From assembly GCF_028368995.1 (NCBI RefSeq), contig NZ_JAQNDL010000004.1:384001-448000 (forward strand): DNA of 64,000 bases, written 5' to 3'. Under the pieces are notes generated by a model. That model saw nothing but the letters and a program-made list of their open reading frames with translations. It had not been told where the DNA came from and did no database searches. This DNA comes from Nannocystis bainbridge (lineage in GTDB: Bacteria > Myxococcota_A > Polyangia > Nannocystales > Nannocystaceae). Positions 1 through 16,500 of this stretch are shown one piece after another. Made by a program: the position numbers and the translations under genes. The first letter of the stretch is position 1. Each line of letters starts with the position of its first letter.

Positions 1-539
1 ACGTCCTCGTCGATCTTGTCGTCGCAGTCGTTGTCGAGGCCGTCGCACACCTCGGCCTTGATCGAGGGCTGCGGGGCGTCACACGTGGCGCCCTTGCCGT
101 CGGCGTTGCACTTCCACACGCCCGAGCTCTTGCACTCGCCCTTGCCGATCGTGCAGGTGGCGCCCTCGCGCTCGAAGTCGTTGTCGACGATGCCGTCGCA
201 GTCGTCGTCCTTGCGGTTGCAGAGCTCCTTGATGGGCGTCACCTGACCGCTGCACTGGCCCCACGTCGCGTCGTCGCTGCAGGTGCGCGTGCCGTCCTTG
301 CACAGGCCGCGGCCGGAGGTGCCTTGCGGGCCGTCGTAGCAGGACTCGAGGATCTTCGGCTTGCACTGCGCGGGCTTGCTGCCGGTCGAGTTGAGCTCCT
401 CGAGGAGCCTCTTCTGCTCGAGGTTCTGGTCGGTATTGGCGCACGCGCCGACGAAGGCGCCGATCGCTAGCCCGGCGAGGCATCCCCGGCGGAGGATCCC
501 TGTGCCGGAGGCGAAAAAGGACGCAGCGGGGTTTCCCAT
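1..539 (-). CDS. Cys-rich lipoprotein with MopE-related/putative metal-binding repeats (3' end beyond window)
   Basis: Manual translation from ATG 539: MGNPAASFF...LAIGAFVGAC (lipobox-like), then ELCNRKDDDCDGIVD and EVCDGLDNDCDDKIDE repeats typical of myxobacterial surface proteins. Absent from ORF track because it runs off the edge. Confidence 0.8.
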   Translation of the reverse strand, partial: MGNPAASFFASGTGILRRGCLAGLAIGAFVGACANTDQNLEQKRLLEELNSTGSKPAQCKPKILESCYDGPQGTSGRGLCKDGTRTCSDDATWGQCSGQVTPIKELCNRKDDDCDGIVDNDFEREGATCTIGKGECKSSGVWKCNADGKGATCDAPQPSIKAEVCDGLDNDCDDKIDED

Positions 540-581
540 GGCCGGGACTATACACCGCCTGATATCATCCGCCGCATCAAA

Positions 582-1055
582 GTGTCCCTGCTGGGCAAAG
601 TCTACCTTCTGGTCAGCCTCATCCTGCTCGCGCTGGGCCTCGTGTGGACGCTCGTCACGCTGGGTGCGAACACCGGATGGGTCGAGGTGGTGCTCTACCT
701 GCCCGCCGCCGATCTTGCCCCGTCGTTCGTCCGCCGCCGCTTCGAGGTCCACGCCGCGGCGCTGCTGGCCGGATGGGTCGCCACCGCGGCGCTGCTGGCC
801 GTGGCGGCCATCCGGGCGCCGTTTCGGATCCGGTCCGCGGCGATCGCGCAACGGCGCACCCGCGAGCTCGAGCGTGAAGTGCTCGAGCTCCGCACCTTGC
901 CCCTGCGACAGGAGGACGAGGACGAATTGCTGGCCCGCGAGGCCCATCTCAGCGATACGCGCCGGCCCGTGATGCTCGGCGTGTCGGGCCCGAGCACGGC
1001 GGCGACGCGGTCATGGTCGGGCTCGCAGCCGCGACGCGAAGGGGACGTCGGGTGA
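582..1055 (+). CDS. LapA-like small membrane protein
   Basis: Two hydrophobic segments then a charged coiled coil (RRTRELEREVLELR); stop overlaps start of a LapB-like gene. Confidence 0.6.
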   Translation: MSLLGKVYLLVSLILLALGLVWTLVTLGANTGWVEVVLYLPAADLAPSFVRRRFEVHAAALLAGWVATAALLAVAAIRAPFRIRSAAIAQRRTRELEREVLELRTLPLRQEDEDELLAREAHLSDTRRPVMLGVSGPSTAATRSWSGSQPRREGDVG

Positions 1056-2233
1056 GCGAGCTGCTGGCGTTCGTGGTCGTGGCCCTGGCCGCCGGCGGAA
1101 TCGGGGCTGCCCTGGCGTGGTGGCGGTTGGCGCCGCGGCGGGAGGCGATCGAGCGACTGGCCCGCCGCGGGCACGTGATCCGCGAGCTCGCCGAGGGCGA
1201 CGTCGAGAACGTGGCCGAAGAGCTCGAGCGGATCGCGGAGGTCGAGCCCAACGACGCGACCGTGTTCCTCGCCCTGGCCGCGCTCGACCGCCGTCGCGGC
1301 CGCGTCGAGCGGGCCAAGGCGCTGCACCGCACGGTCCTGGCGTCGGCCGAGCTGGCGCCCGAGATGCGGGTCGCGGGGCTGGTCGGCCTCGGGCGCGATC
1401 TGCTGGCGCAGGGCCACGAGCAGGCGGCCGTCGGGGCGCTGACGCGGGCGATCAGCCTGGCGCCGCAATCGGTGGCGACGCTCGAGTCGCTGGCGCAGGC
1501 GCTCGAGCAGGCCGGCGCGTGGGAGCGGGCGGCGGCGGCGTGGGAGCGCCACGAGAAGCTGGCGCCGGCGCGGCGGCGGAGGCAGTCGCGGATCGGTCGC
1601 GGGCACGCGGTCGCCGGTCAGGCGCTGGCGGCCCTGCACGAGGGCGATCCCTTCAAGGCGCGCAAGCTGGTCGAGCGCGCGCTCGAGCTGGCGCCCGACA
1701 GCGGTCACGTGTGGACCGCGCGGGCCCGCGTCGCCGTGGTCGCGGGGGCCCGCGAGGAGGCGCTCGAGGCGTGGCAGCGGGCCTGGGAGCTGGCGCCTGC
1801 GGGCGCGCACGCGCTGACGAGCGAGGCGTGGTCGTGGGCGAAGGAGGAGGGCGCGCAGGACGAGCTGCTCGAGCGCATGCAGGCGAGCTTGCGCACGGCG
1901 AACGCCAGCAGTCTGGTAGTGGCGCTGGCCGAGCGCGTGGCTCGGCGTGACCCCGACCAGGCGGCCCAGGCGCTCGGCAGGGTCGCGTCACGCTCCCCCG
2001 CGGCGGCGCTCGGACTGATACGCTTGCGCCTCGCTCAGGCGCCGCGCGATGCGGCGCCCGATGCCACGGTCCGCGACGCTGCGATGAATTACAACACGCC
2101 CCCCACGCTCGTGTGCCGGCTGTGCGCCGCGCCGATGGCCAGATTCGGCTTCCGCTGCAGCTGCGGGGCCTGGGACAGCGCCGTCGCGGTCGAGGACCTG
2201 AGCCCGCGTTCGGGCGCCAGGAGCCGCACATGA
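1052..2233 (+). CDS. lapB: LapB/YciM-like TPR protein with C-terminal rubredoxin-type Cys motif
   Basis: N-terminal TM helix, TPR-like helices (GRVERAKALHRTVL, ALVGLGRD-like), C-terminal CRLC...FRCSCGAWDS; GTG overlaps upstream TGA. Confidence 0.65.
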   Translation: MSELLAFVVVALAAGGIGAALAWWRLAPRREAIERLARRGHVIRELAEGDVENVAEELERIAEVEPNDATVFLALAALDRRRGRVERAKALHRTVLASAELAPEMRVAGLVGLGRDLLAQGHEQAAVGALTRAISLAPQSVATLESLAQALEQAGAWERAAAAWERHEKLAPARRRRQSRIGRGHAVAGQALAALHEGDPFKARKLVERALELAPDSGHVWTARARVAVVAGAREEALEAWQRAWELAPAGAHALTSEAWSWAKEEGAQDELLERMQASLRTANASSLVVALAERVARRDPDQAAQALGRVASRSPAAALGLIRLRLAQAPRDAAPDATVRDAAMNYNTPPTLVCRLCAAPMARFGFRCSCGAWDSAVAVEDLSPRSGARSRT

Positions 2234-3620
2234 ACGACTCGACGCCGACACGCAAGCACGAGCTGCTCGGGTCGATCGGGCGGTTCCTCCGGCTGTGGGG
2301 CTTCCTGCTGTTCCCGGTGGTGCTCGCCATCATCTTCCGCGAGGTGATGGTCCCGTTCGTGTTCGCGTTCGCCCTGGCGTACCTGATGGCGCCGGTGATC
2401 AACCGGATGCAGGTCCGGCTCGGACGCGTGCTCTCGGTCATCCTCGTCTATCTGTCGCTGTTCGGGCTGATGACGGCGTTTTTGACGCTGTTCTTGCCGG
2501 CGCTCGTGGCCGACTTCTCGCGCCTGCGCGACACGGCCCCGGCGGCGATCGAGTACCTCGATCAGAACGTGCTGCCGCAGGCGTCGCGGTGGGTCGACGG
2601 CTCGCTCGGCACGCTCCACCAGCTCGACGAGGCGGTGACGACGGGACCGATGGAGCCGCCGAAGCCGTCGGAGCTGCTGGCCAAGCCGAACCGCGACGGC
2701 TCGTGGTCGATCAGCCTCGAGGGCGCGCGGCTCCACGTGGCCGACGCTGGCGACGGCCGCTACACGATCGCGGCCCCGAGCTCGACCGAAGAGAAGAAGC
2801 TGACCGACACGCTGCGCAAGCTGGTGGTGTCGAAGGGCACCGAGTACACCGGCCAGATCGCCGGGTTCCTCCGCAGCCTGGTCAGCGGGGTCACGACCTT
2901 CCTGACGAACTTCACGATCACGCTGATGCTGGCGGCGTTCATCCTCGTCAACCCGCAGCGGGTGACGGGCTTCGTGCGGGCGATGGTGCCGATCCAGCAC
3001 CGCCGCACCTACGACGAGATCATGGGCCTGCTCGACGTCGGCCTCGCCGGGGTCATCCGCGGCCAGCTGCTGATCTGCCTGGTCAACGGCGTGCTGACCT
3101 ACATCGGCCTCGTCATCTTCGACATCAAGTACAGCTTCCTGCTGGCGGTGGTGGCGGCGGCGTTCAGCCTGGTGCCGATCTTCGGCACCATCATCTCGTC
3201 GATCCCGATCCTGCTGGTGGCGCTGGTGTCGAACGAGAACGGCCTGTCGTTCGGGCCGCCGCTGCTGATGCTGGCGTGGATCGCCGGCATCCACCTGCTC
3301 GAAGCCAACGTGTTCAACCCGAAGATCATCGGCGACGCGGCGCACATGCACCCGGTCGTGGTGATCTTCGCGCTGCTGGCGGGTGAGCACGTCTACGGGC
3401 TGACCGGGGCGCTGCTGGCGGCGCCGGTGGCGAGCATGCTGCAGACGCTGTTCCTGTTCGCGTTCCGCCGCTCGCGCTGGCACCACGGGCCGAGCACGTC
3501 CGGCGACGTCGTGCCGGCGATGCAGTCGGTGACGACCTCGGTCGAGGCGTCGCGCGTGGCCGCCGACTCGGGCAGCTTCGTCGCCGCCGACAGCGACGCC
3601 TCGGACCGCTTCACCGGGCC

Positions 3621-3624
<4 letters not shown>
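2230..3624 (+). CDS. AI-2E family transporter (PerM-like)
   Basis: Multi-TM protein; LAYLMAPV, GVIRGQLLI, LVPIFG, EANVFNPKIIG..MHPVVVIFALLAG motifs. Confidence 0.9.
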
Positions 3625-8867
<5,243 letters not shown>

Positions 8868-8965
8868 GCGTCGCGCCTGCCAACCTCGTTGGCGATTTGG
8901 TCCCTGGTCGCCATCGGGGTTGCGAGGCCGCTGGGCTTTATCCAGCGATCACGCCCTTGGCGGCT

Positions 8966-8981
8966 TGGTGTAAGCCTTGCA
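8966..8981 (+). promoter_or_regulatory. Sigma54 (-24/-12) promoter
   Basis: TGGTGTAAGCCTTGCA = GG-N10-GC with TTGCA; about 65 bp upstream of ATG 9048; inverted repeat GCCAAC-N3-GTTGGC at 8879-8893 upstream. Confidence 0.65.
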
Positions 8982-9047
8982 CAATGAGACCGTGGTCGCA
9001 GACCCACGGTGCTCGCCGTGCGTCGCAGCCGCCTGGAGCTCCGACCC

Positions 9048-9479
9048 ATGCACTTCCGCGTCCTCCTCGCCGCCGTCCTCGTCGTCCTGAGCGCCTGCAA
9101 CACGCACCTGCCTACGCGCACCGACCGGCCGTTCACCGGGCAGTTCGGGATCTCCGTGCCGGTCCCGCCGCCGAGCCTCAAGGCGGCCCCTGTGCAGTAC
9201 GTGCGAGTGCAGGGCAACCTCGAGGTCGAGGCGCCGCAGGCCGACACGCGGGTGTTCGTGTACGACAGCTCCGGCGATCGGGGCTTCTTCGTGTTCGCCG
9301 ACCAGTACGGCCAGTTCGAGTTCGACGCGGTGAAGCTCGACCTCACCGACAACTGCCTCGAGGTGTGGTTCGAGGAGCCGGGTCTCGACGGACCGGCGAG
9401 CCAGCACCGGTTCTACGTCGCCGGCATCGAGGCGGACGACGCGACCGTGGCGACGATGGAGCAGGCCGACGAGTGCTGA
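9048..9479 (+). CDS. Hypothetical lipoprotein (beta-rich)
   Basis: MHFRVLLAAVLVVLSAC lipobox; typical high-GC3 codon usage. Confidence 0.75.
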   Translation: MHFRVLLAAVLVVLSACNTHLPTRTDRPFTGQFGISVPVPPPSLKAAPVQYVRVQGNLEVEAPQADTRVFVYDSSGDRGFFVFADQYGQFEFDAVKLDLTDNCLEVWFEEPGLDGPASQHRFYVAGIEADDATVATMEQADEC

Positions 9480-9582
9480 GCCCGGCGCCCGGAGTGAGCT
9501 GGCCCGAAGGACAGGTCGTCGAGACGACGCGCGCGGCTCGACGCGTGCGGTGTGCATCGGTCGGGCGGCGACTCTGCCGTAC

Positions 9583-9620
9583 GGGCTTCGTGGCGCTCCT
9601 CCACGGCTGTCACGAAGCCC
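9583..9620. terminator. Hairpin between convergent genes
   Basis: GGGCTTCGTG (9583-9592) pairs with CACGAAGCCC (9611-9620); no clear U-tract. Confidence 0.45.
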
Positions 9621-9703
9621 TCACGCCGACAGCAGCGCCCGAAAGCACCAGAGCCCGCCAGCGAAGCTGACGGGCCCTGCGAGGACTCGACCGGGAGGCG
9701 CGC

Positions 9704-10675
9704 TTACTGGGTCTTGACCGCCTTGCCGCCGACCTTGAGCACGGAGCGCTTGGCCTTGGGCGGGAGGTAGAACGTGACGCCGAGCGAGAACATCACGTTG
9801 TGGTTCCAGTTGGCGTCCTGGCGGTCGACCTTCGGCGGCACGTCCGTCGTGGTCGAGTTGAGGCCGGCCGCGTTGTTGTAGGTCATGATGTCGTGGACAT
9901 CGAGGTTGAGCGAGGCGAAGTCGGCGAGGAAGATGTTCACGCCGCCGCCGAAGCTCGGACCGACCTTGAGGCCCGTGTCGGGCTTGACCGGGTGCAGGTA
10001 ACACTCGCGGTTGGTGCTGTCCCCGTCGCGGCAGTACGTCGGGCTGCCGTTCGCCGTGTCGAGGCCGAGCAGGTCGCTGGTCGACCGGGCGTTCGGGTAG
10101 TGACGCCCGAAATTGGCCAGGCCGAGGCCGGCGAACAGGTACATGTCGTACTCGGTGAAGATGCCCGAGAACAGGCCCAGCTTGCCGCTGAAGGGCTTGA
10201 ACACAACGTCGAAGCTGGCCAGCCAGTTGTTGCGCGTGAGGCCCGACTGGAAGTCGTGGAGCAGCGGCGCGGGGCTGTTGAAGTCGGCCAGCGTACGGAC
10301 GGGCGCGAGGGACTGGTTCTCGGGCGTACCCGTCGGGATGCCGCGCGGGAGGCCGCCGGACTCGTCGTTGAGCGCCTTGAGCAGCTTGGCGTCGCGGTTG
10401 ATCACGCCGTACGCGAACTTCGCCTGGATGCCGATCCAGTCGGTGAAGTCGAAGTGGAGCTTGCCGCCGACGTAACCCTTGTGGACGAAGGTCTGCGACA
10501 GGCTCATGCCGACGAACGGCGTGATGCCGAAGCGAAGCTTGCGCAGCTCGAGCTTGCGGACGACGACCGGCTTGCCTTCGAGCGGGCTCTTCCGCTTGGC
10601 ATGCGCGACGTCGGGGAGCAACGAGATGGCGACCAGGGATGCCGCCAGAACAGTGAGCGATCGAATCCGGTGCAT
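9704..10675 (-). CDS. Myxobacterial outer-membrane beta-barrel protein (GltA/GltB-like)
   Basis: Signal peptide ending AHA; VVRKLELRKLRFGITPF, PFSGKLGLF, C-terminal FSLGVTFYLP beta-strand. Confidence 0.75.
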   Translation of the reverse strand: MHRIRSLTVLAASLVAISLLPDVAHAKRKSPLEGKPVVVRKLELRKLRFGITPFVGMSLSQTFVHKGYVGGKLHFDFTDWIGIQAKFAYGVINRDAKLLKALNDESGGLPRGIPTGTPENQSLAPVRTLADFNSPAPLLHDFQSGLTRNNWLASFDVVFKPFSGKLGLFSGIFTEYDMYLFAGLGLANFGRHYPNARSTSDLLGLDTANGSPTYCRDGDSTNRECYLHPVKPDTGLKVGPSFGGGVNIFLADFASLNLDVHDIMTYNNAAGLNSTTTDVPPKVDRQDANWNHNVMFSLGVTFYLPPKAKRSVLKVGGKAVKTQ

Positions 10676-10687
10676 GTCGAGGTGCTC

Positions 10688-11686
10688 TTAGCGGCGGGTG
10701 GTGTACTGGAAGGAGGTGGGGAAGTAGAAGCTCAACCCCAGGAAGAAGACCACGTTGAAGGCGAGCTTCTTGACCGCGGCATCCTTGGCAGCGTCGGCGG
10801 AGTCGAGGCTGTCGAGCTGATTGGGGCCCGGGCCACGCTCCGTCGGCTCGAGCTTGTCCTGGTAGATCCAGGTGCGAACGCCGAAGTTGACCGAGATCCA
10901 GTCGACGCGCGGGCCGTAGAAGCGGGCGCCGATGGCGAAGTTGCCCTGGCCGGTGAGGTGGCGGAACGGCTCGTGGATGGCCTCGTACCGCGGAATCACC
11001 TGGGTCTGGATCGCGCCGCCGCCGACCTGGACGTACGACTCCCAGTGCATCAAGGCACGGTTGAACACCGCGATCTTGCCGTAGAACGGGTTGTAGAGGA
11101 AGTTGACGCTGGCCTGCCACAGCGTCTTGTTCGCGGTCAACAGCACGCTCTCCTGGAAGCGGATGTTGGTGTACCGCGAGGTCTTGTTGCCGAAGAAGGC
11201 CGTGCCCGTGATACCGACCGCCATGCGGTTGGTGATCCAGTAGTTGAGCTCGGCGCCGACGGTGAAGTGGCGGACGAAGGGATCGTTGACCGTGATGCCG
11301 ATCTGCGGCTGCAGCTCGAAGCGCTTCTTCTTGAGGAAGCGCTGGCGCTGCACGACGGTAATGAACGCCTTGTCCTGCTTCAACTGGTCGGCTTCGGAGG
11401 TCGCGCTGACCTTGCCGGTCTCGCCCGAGGCCGCCGCCTTGCCCTTGTTCGCGTCGCCGAACAGGTCGGTCGAAGCACCGGCCTCACCACCTGCCTTGGC
11501 TTCGCCCGCGGGCTTGGCCGGGGTCTCGCTCTCGGCCTCGTCGAGGACGATCGTGTCGTCGTCGGCCGGGGCCGCAGGCGCGGCAGGAGCGGGGGCGGGT
11601 GCCGCGAGGGCCGCGGCGGCGGTTCCAGGAGCAGTGAAGGCCCAGGCTGCCAGGAGAACAGCCGAGCCGGTCAAAGAACGTCGCAT
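10688..11686 (-). CDS. Myxobacterial outer-membrane beta-barrel protein (GltA/GltB-like), paralog of neighbour
   Basis: Signal peptide; VVQRQRFLKKKRFELQP..VNDPF, PFYGKIAVF, FFLGLSFYFP; GAGG RBS before ATG 11686. Confidence 0.8.
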   Translation of the reverse strand: MRRSLTGSAVLLAAWAFTAPGTAAAALAAPAPAPAAPAAPADDDTIVLDEAESETPAKPAGEAKAGGEAGASTDLFGDANKGKAAASGETGKVSATSEADQLKQDKAFITVVQRQRFLKKKRFELQPQIGITVNDPFVRHFTVGAELNYWITNRMAVGITGTAFFGNKTSRYTNIRFQESVLLTANKTLWQASVNFLYNPFYGKIAVFNRALMHWESYVQVGGGAIQTQVIPRYEAIHEPFRHLTGQGNFAIGARFYGPRVDWISVNFGVRTWIYQDKLEPTERGPGPNQLDSLDSADAAKDAAVKKLAFNVVFFLGLSFYFPTSFQYTTRR

Positions 11687-12176
11687 GCTCACCTCAAGGT
11701 CGACTGGCACGTGGGTATCTCGGAGGTCAGGCCCAGCGGCCTGTGGAGAGGCCCTGCAGGGCCGTAGGAGGCAGGAACTCAAGTGGCCGGGAAGGCCGGG
11801 TCTCAGCAGGCCCGAAGGCCGTTGGAAGCAGAATCGCAGAGCCGGGGTAGAAAATCATCAGGCCCAGAGGGCACCCGGCAACCGAAGCGATAGACACCGG
11901 TTTAGGGGTGTCGGACGGTATCACAGCCAACCACTAGGTCACAACAGGACAAGCGCTGTTTGATGGCGGGCGCTGTTTGGAGCAAAGGCACGCGGGGCGG
12001 CTCGTAGGCCCCAAGGCTGCCAAATTCGCAGGTGACGCCCCGACACGCGCCCGCCGGCTGCCCGGCGAAGTTGTGGAAGACGATCTCCGCGGCGGGGGTT
12101 GGGTGACCCGTCACGACCCGCCTGGCCGTGCGAAGGCGCAATTTCAAACACGGCCCCATGGCGTAGAAAGTGCCAG

Positions 12177-13352
12177 TCACGCCCTGGCGTCGTCCGGGTC
12201 GCCGAACATGGCCTCGACGAACGCGTCGGCGTCGAACGGCCGCAGGTCGTCGACCTTCTCGCCGATGCCGATGAAGCGGACCGGCACCCGCAGCTCGTCG
12301 CACACGCCGAGGACCACGCCGCCCTTGGCCGTGCCGTCGAGTTTGGTCAGCACGAGGCCGGTGAAGTCCATCGTCTCCTTGAACAGGACCGCCTGGGCGA
12401 GCGCGTTCTGGCCGATGGTGGCGTCGAGCACGAGGAAGGTGTCGTGCGGGCCGCGGACTTCGGTCTCCACGACCCCGCGAGCGCGCGCGAGGGCCTTGGC
12501 GCACGAGCGGCGGATCTTCTGCAGCTCGTCCATCAGCTCCTTCTTGGTGTGGAGCCGGCCGGCGGTGTCGCAGAGGACCACGTCGAAGCCCTCGCGGGCG
12601 CCGCGGGCGATGCCGTCGTGGATGACGCTCGAAGGATCGGCGCCCTCCTTGCCGAGGTGGATCTCGCAGCCGACGCGGCGGGCCCAGATCTCGAGCTGCT
12701 CGCCGGCGGCGGCGCGGAAGGTGTCGCCGGCGACCAGCAGCACGCGGCGCCCCGCGGCCTTGTGGAAGGCGGCCAGCTTGCCGAGCGTGGTCGTCTTGCC
12801 GACGCCGTTGACGCCGATCATCAGCAGCACGTAAGGCGGCGGGTTCGGGCTGTAGTCGAGCGGGTCGGCGGGGACGGCCAAGATCTGGCGCGCGGCGGTG
12901 CGGATGACGGCCCACACCTTGTCGGCGTCGGCGACGTCGCTCTTGTCGAGGAGGTCGGTGACCTGCTCGAGCAGCTTCTGCGCCGCCTTGGCGCCGATGT
13001 CGGCGGTGAACAGCACGCTCTCGACCTCTTCGCGCAGCTCGGCGCTGACGCGCGGGCGGCCGCGGAACAGGCGGGCGAGCTTGGCGACGAAGCCGCCGCG
13101 GGTGCGCGCGAGGCCGGCGACGTAGCGCTCCTGTTCGGCGGCGCGGGCCAGCTCCTCGGCGGTGAGCGGCCGGACCGGGACCTCGGGGGCGCGGCGGGTC
13201 GCCCCCTCGAGGGCGCGTGCGGGCGGTTCGCCGGTCAGCTCGGCCGGCGTCTTGGCCGGCGGGAGGGCGCGGCGACGCGCGAGGACGACGCCGCCGGTGA
13301 CGACGAGGACGCCGAGGATGGCGAGGAGCAGGTAGATCTCGGTCGAGGTCAT
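12177..13352 (-). CDS. ftsY: Signal recognition particle receptor FtsY with N-terminal TM helix
   Basis: [39 protein letters not shown]; probable start [18 protein letters not shown]. Confidence 0.95.
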   Translation of the reverse strand: MTSTEIYLLLAILGVLVVTGGVVLARRRALPPAKTPAELTGEPPARALEGATRRAPEVPVRPLTAEELARAAEQERYVAGLARTRGGFVAKLARLFRGRPRVSAELREEVESVLFTADIGAKAAQKLLEQVTDLLDKSDVADADKVWAVIRTAARQILAVPADPLDYSPNPPPYVLLMIGVNGVGKTTTLGKLAAFHKAAGRRVLLVAGDTFRAAAGEQLEIWARRVGCEIHLGKEGADPSSVIHDGIARGAREGFDVVLCDTAGRLHTKKELMDELQKIRRSCAKALARARGVVETEVRGPHDTFLVLDATIGQNALAQAVLFKETMDFTGLVLTKLDGTAKGGVVLGVCDELRVPVRFIGIGEKVDDLRPFDADAFVEAMFGDPDDARA

Positions 13353-13586
13353 CGGCGACGGCCACTGCAGCGGTAGCACAGCTGGCGCCGATCCTGAAGG
13401 GTTCGGGCGTAGCTCCGCGAGATCTGCGAGATCTCGGGGGCGCGGGGCGCGGGCGCCGGCGGGGCGGGGTGAGCCCGCGACATCCGATTCGGGCCCCGGC
13501 CCCGGGAGATCGTCACCGCGGGCTTTTCCGGGGCGGCGGGTGGTGCTATCTCGCGGACGCCAGCGTTTTTTTGCGCGCGCCGTTCG

Positions 13587-16500
13587 ATGCGAATCAAGAA
13601 GATCGAGGTCAACGGGTTCAAGTCCTTCGCCGACCGCGAGGTCATCCACGTCGACGACCACGTGACCGCGATCCTCGGGCCCAACGGCTGCGGCAAGTCG
13701 AACGTCGTCGACGCGATGCGCTGGTGCCTCGGCGAGCAGCGGGCCAAGCACCTGCGCGGCCAGGGCATGGCCGACGTCATCTTCGCCGGCTGCTCGACGC
13801 GCGGCCCCGGCAACGCCGCCGAGGTGACGCTGACCTTCCAGAACAACGGCCAGGTCCCGGCGGCCTACCTCAATTTCGCCGAGATCGCGGTCACCCGCCG
13901 GCTGTACCGCGACGGCACCAGCGAGTACCTCATCAACAAGGTGCAGTGCCGCCTGCGCGACATCCAGGAGCTGATGGCCGGCACCGGCGCGGGCACGCGC
14001 GGCTACTCGATCATCGAGCAGGGCCAGGTCGGCCGGATCGTCAGCTCCAAGGCCGAGGAGCGCCGCTACATCATCGACGAGGCGGCCGGCATCACCCGCT
14101 TCAAGGCCCAGAAGCAGGCCGCCGAGAAGAAGATCGAGCAGACGCAGCAGAACCTGCTGCGGGTGTCGGACGTGCTGACCGAGCTCGAGGCGCGGGTCGG
14201 CAACCTGCGCCGGCAGGCGCAGAAGGCCGAGCGCTACAAGCGCTACCGGTCCGAGCTGCGCGACCTCGATCTGTGGATCGCCAGCCATCGGTTCCTCGAG
14301 CTCGAGGCGACGCGGCGCGTGCTCGAGGTCCGCAAGGGCGAGCTCGGGGTGCAGGTCGACGACATGCGGGCCAACCTGGCGGCCGCCGACGCGCGCGGCG
14401 AGGCCCAGCGGACCGAACTGCTGCAGCGCGAGCAGGAGCTGCGCGCGGCCCAGACGACGGTGTTCGACCTCGACAACCGCATCAAGCTGGCCGAGAGCGA
14501 GGGCCAGTTCCGCCGCCGCGAGCAGGAGGGGGCCCGCCAGGCGGTCACACAGGCCCGCGCCGAGGCGGCCGCGGCCGAGCGCTCGCTGACGGCCCTGCGC
14601 GGGGAGCTCGAGCAGGTCACGTCCCAGCTCGAGGATCTGCGCGCCGGCGCCGACGAGGGCCACGCCGAGGTCGCGGCGCGCCTGCAGGAGGAGCACGACG
14701 GGCTGACGGCGCGGCTGCGCGGCGAGGTGTCCGAGTTCGAGCGCGGGCGCTCGCAGCTGGCGCGCCTGCAGCAGCGCGAGGCGACCGCGTCGGCTCAGCT
14801 GCAGGCCCGCGCCGAGGGCCTGTCCGACCTCGAGCAGCGGATCTCGGGCCTGGCCCAGGAGACAGAATTGCTGGTGATCCAGCTCGAGCGCGACCGCGAG
14901 GATCTCGAGGTCGCCGAGTCCGCCCGCGAGGCCGCGGCCGAGCGGGTCGCGGGCCTCAACGACCGTCGCAGCGCCGGCGACCGCGAGAAGCAGGCGCTCA
15001 AGGGCCAGATCAAGTCGGCCGAGCAGACCCACGACGGCGTGCGCACGCAGCTGCAGCGGACCCAGTCGCGGGTGCAGTCGCTCGAGGAGATCCAGAAGCG
15101 CTACCGCGGCTGCGCCAGCGGGGTGCAGACGGTGATCCAAAACCGCGAGGCGATCGCGGCGGAGGCCGGCGGGGCGATCCTCGGCATCCTCGCCGACCAC
15201 GTGGCCGCGCCGGCCAAGTTCGAGCCAGCGCTGTCGGCGGTGCTCGGCGACCGCCTGCAAGGGGTGGTCGTCGACGGCGTGCGCGCCAGCGCCAGCGCGG
15301 TCGCTTTGCTCAAGGCCAAGCAAGAGGGTCGGACCTCGTTCCTGCCGCGCGAGTGCCGGCCGCGCCGCTCCGAGCATGGCTCCCAGGACATGTCCGATGC
15401 GCCAGGTGCTTACGGACCTGGCCTCGAGGACATGCTCCAGAGGCCAGGCGTGGTCGGCCGCCTGGTCGACGCGATCGACGTGCCGGGGGAGCTGCGGCCG
15501 CTGGCCCGCGCGCTGCTCGGCGACACGGTGGTGGTCGAGGACCTGCCCCAGGCGCTCGAGCTGTGGCAGGCCGGGGCGACCGCGCCGCTGGTGACCCTGG
15601 CCGGCGACCGCGTCGAGCCCTCGGGGGTGGTGATCGGCGGCTCGGCGCAGGGGCTCGACTCGGCGCTGCTGCAGCAGAAGCGGGAGATCCGCGAGCTGCA
15701 CGAGCAGGCGGCCACGCGCGAGGTCGAGGTCGCGGCGGCGTACGAGCAGGTGCAGGTGCTGGCCGAGCGCCAGTCGCAGCTCGAGGCCGAGCGCGAGATG
15801 AGCGAGGCGGAGCTGCTCGAGTCGGAGAAGGTCCGGCTGGCGCGGGTGCAGGAGGTCAGCCGGCTGCAGCGGGAGATCCAGCAGCTGGGCCAGCGGATCG
15901 ATCAGCTGACGCGCGAGCGCGCCAAGCTGCAGGCGTCGCTCGGCGGCCGCGAGGAGGAGCGGGCGCGCCTGACCGAGGAGCTGGGGCAGGTGCGCGAGGA
16001 GCTGCCGGGGCTGCAGCAGACGATCGTCGACGCCGAGGCGCGCATCGAGCTGCTGCGCGAGCAGCAGGCGCAGGTGTCGGAGATGTTGACCGAGGCCAAG
16101 GTGGCGCTGGCGCGCTTCCAGCAGCAGCTCGGGGCGCTGACGGCGGCCGAGGGCCGGCTGTCGCGCCAGGTCGCGGCCGAGGACGAGCGCCTGCAGCGGC
16201 TCGGGCAGACCCAGATCGAGGGCGAGGCCAAGATCGCGGCGCTCGAGGAGGCGCTGCAGGCGGCCGAGGCCGAGCGCGAGCAGCAGCTCGAGGCGCACCG
16301 CGTGGCGACCGCGACGCTGCAGGCCGCGCGCGAGGCCCACGACGCGGTCCGCCTGGCCACCGACGAGCTCGACCTGTCGGTCCGCAAGCTGCGCAACGGG
16401 CTCGACGAGCAGCGCGAGCGCCTGGCCGAGGTCGAGAGCGTGCTCAAGGAGCAGCGCATGGAGGCGCAGCACCTGAGCGCCGACATCCGCGAGCGCTTCG

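Noticed and set aside
11700-12170. Possible ncRNA (e.g. SRP RNA) near ftsY
   Set aside because: No SRP, tRNA or riboswitch consensus recognised by eye; an Rfam cmscan would be needed.
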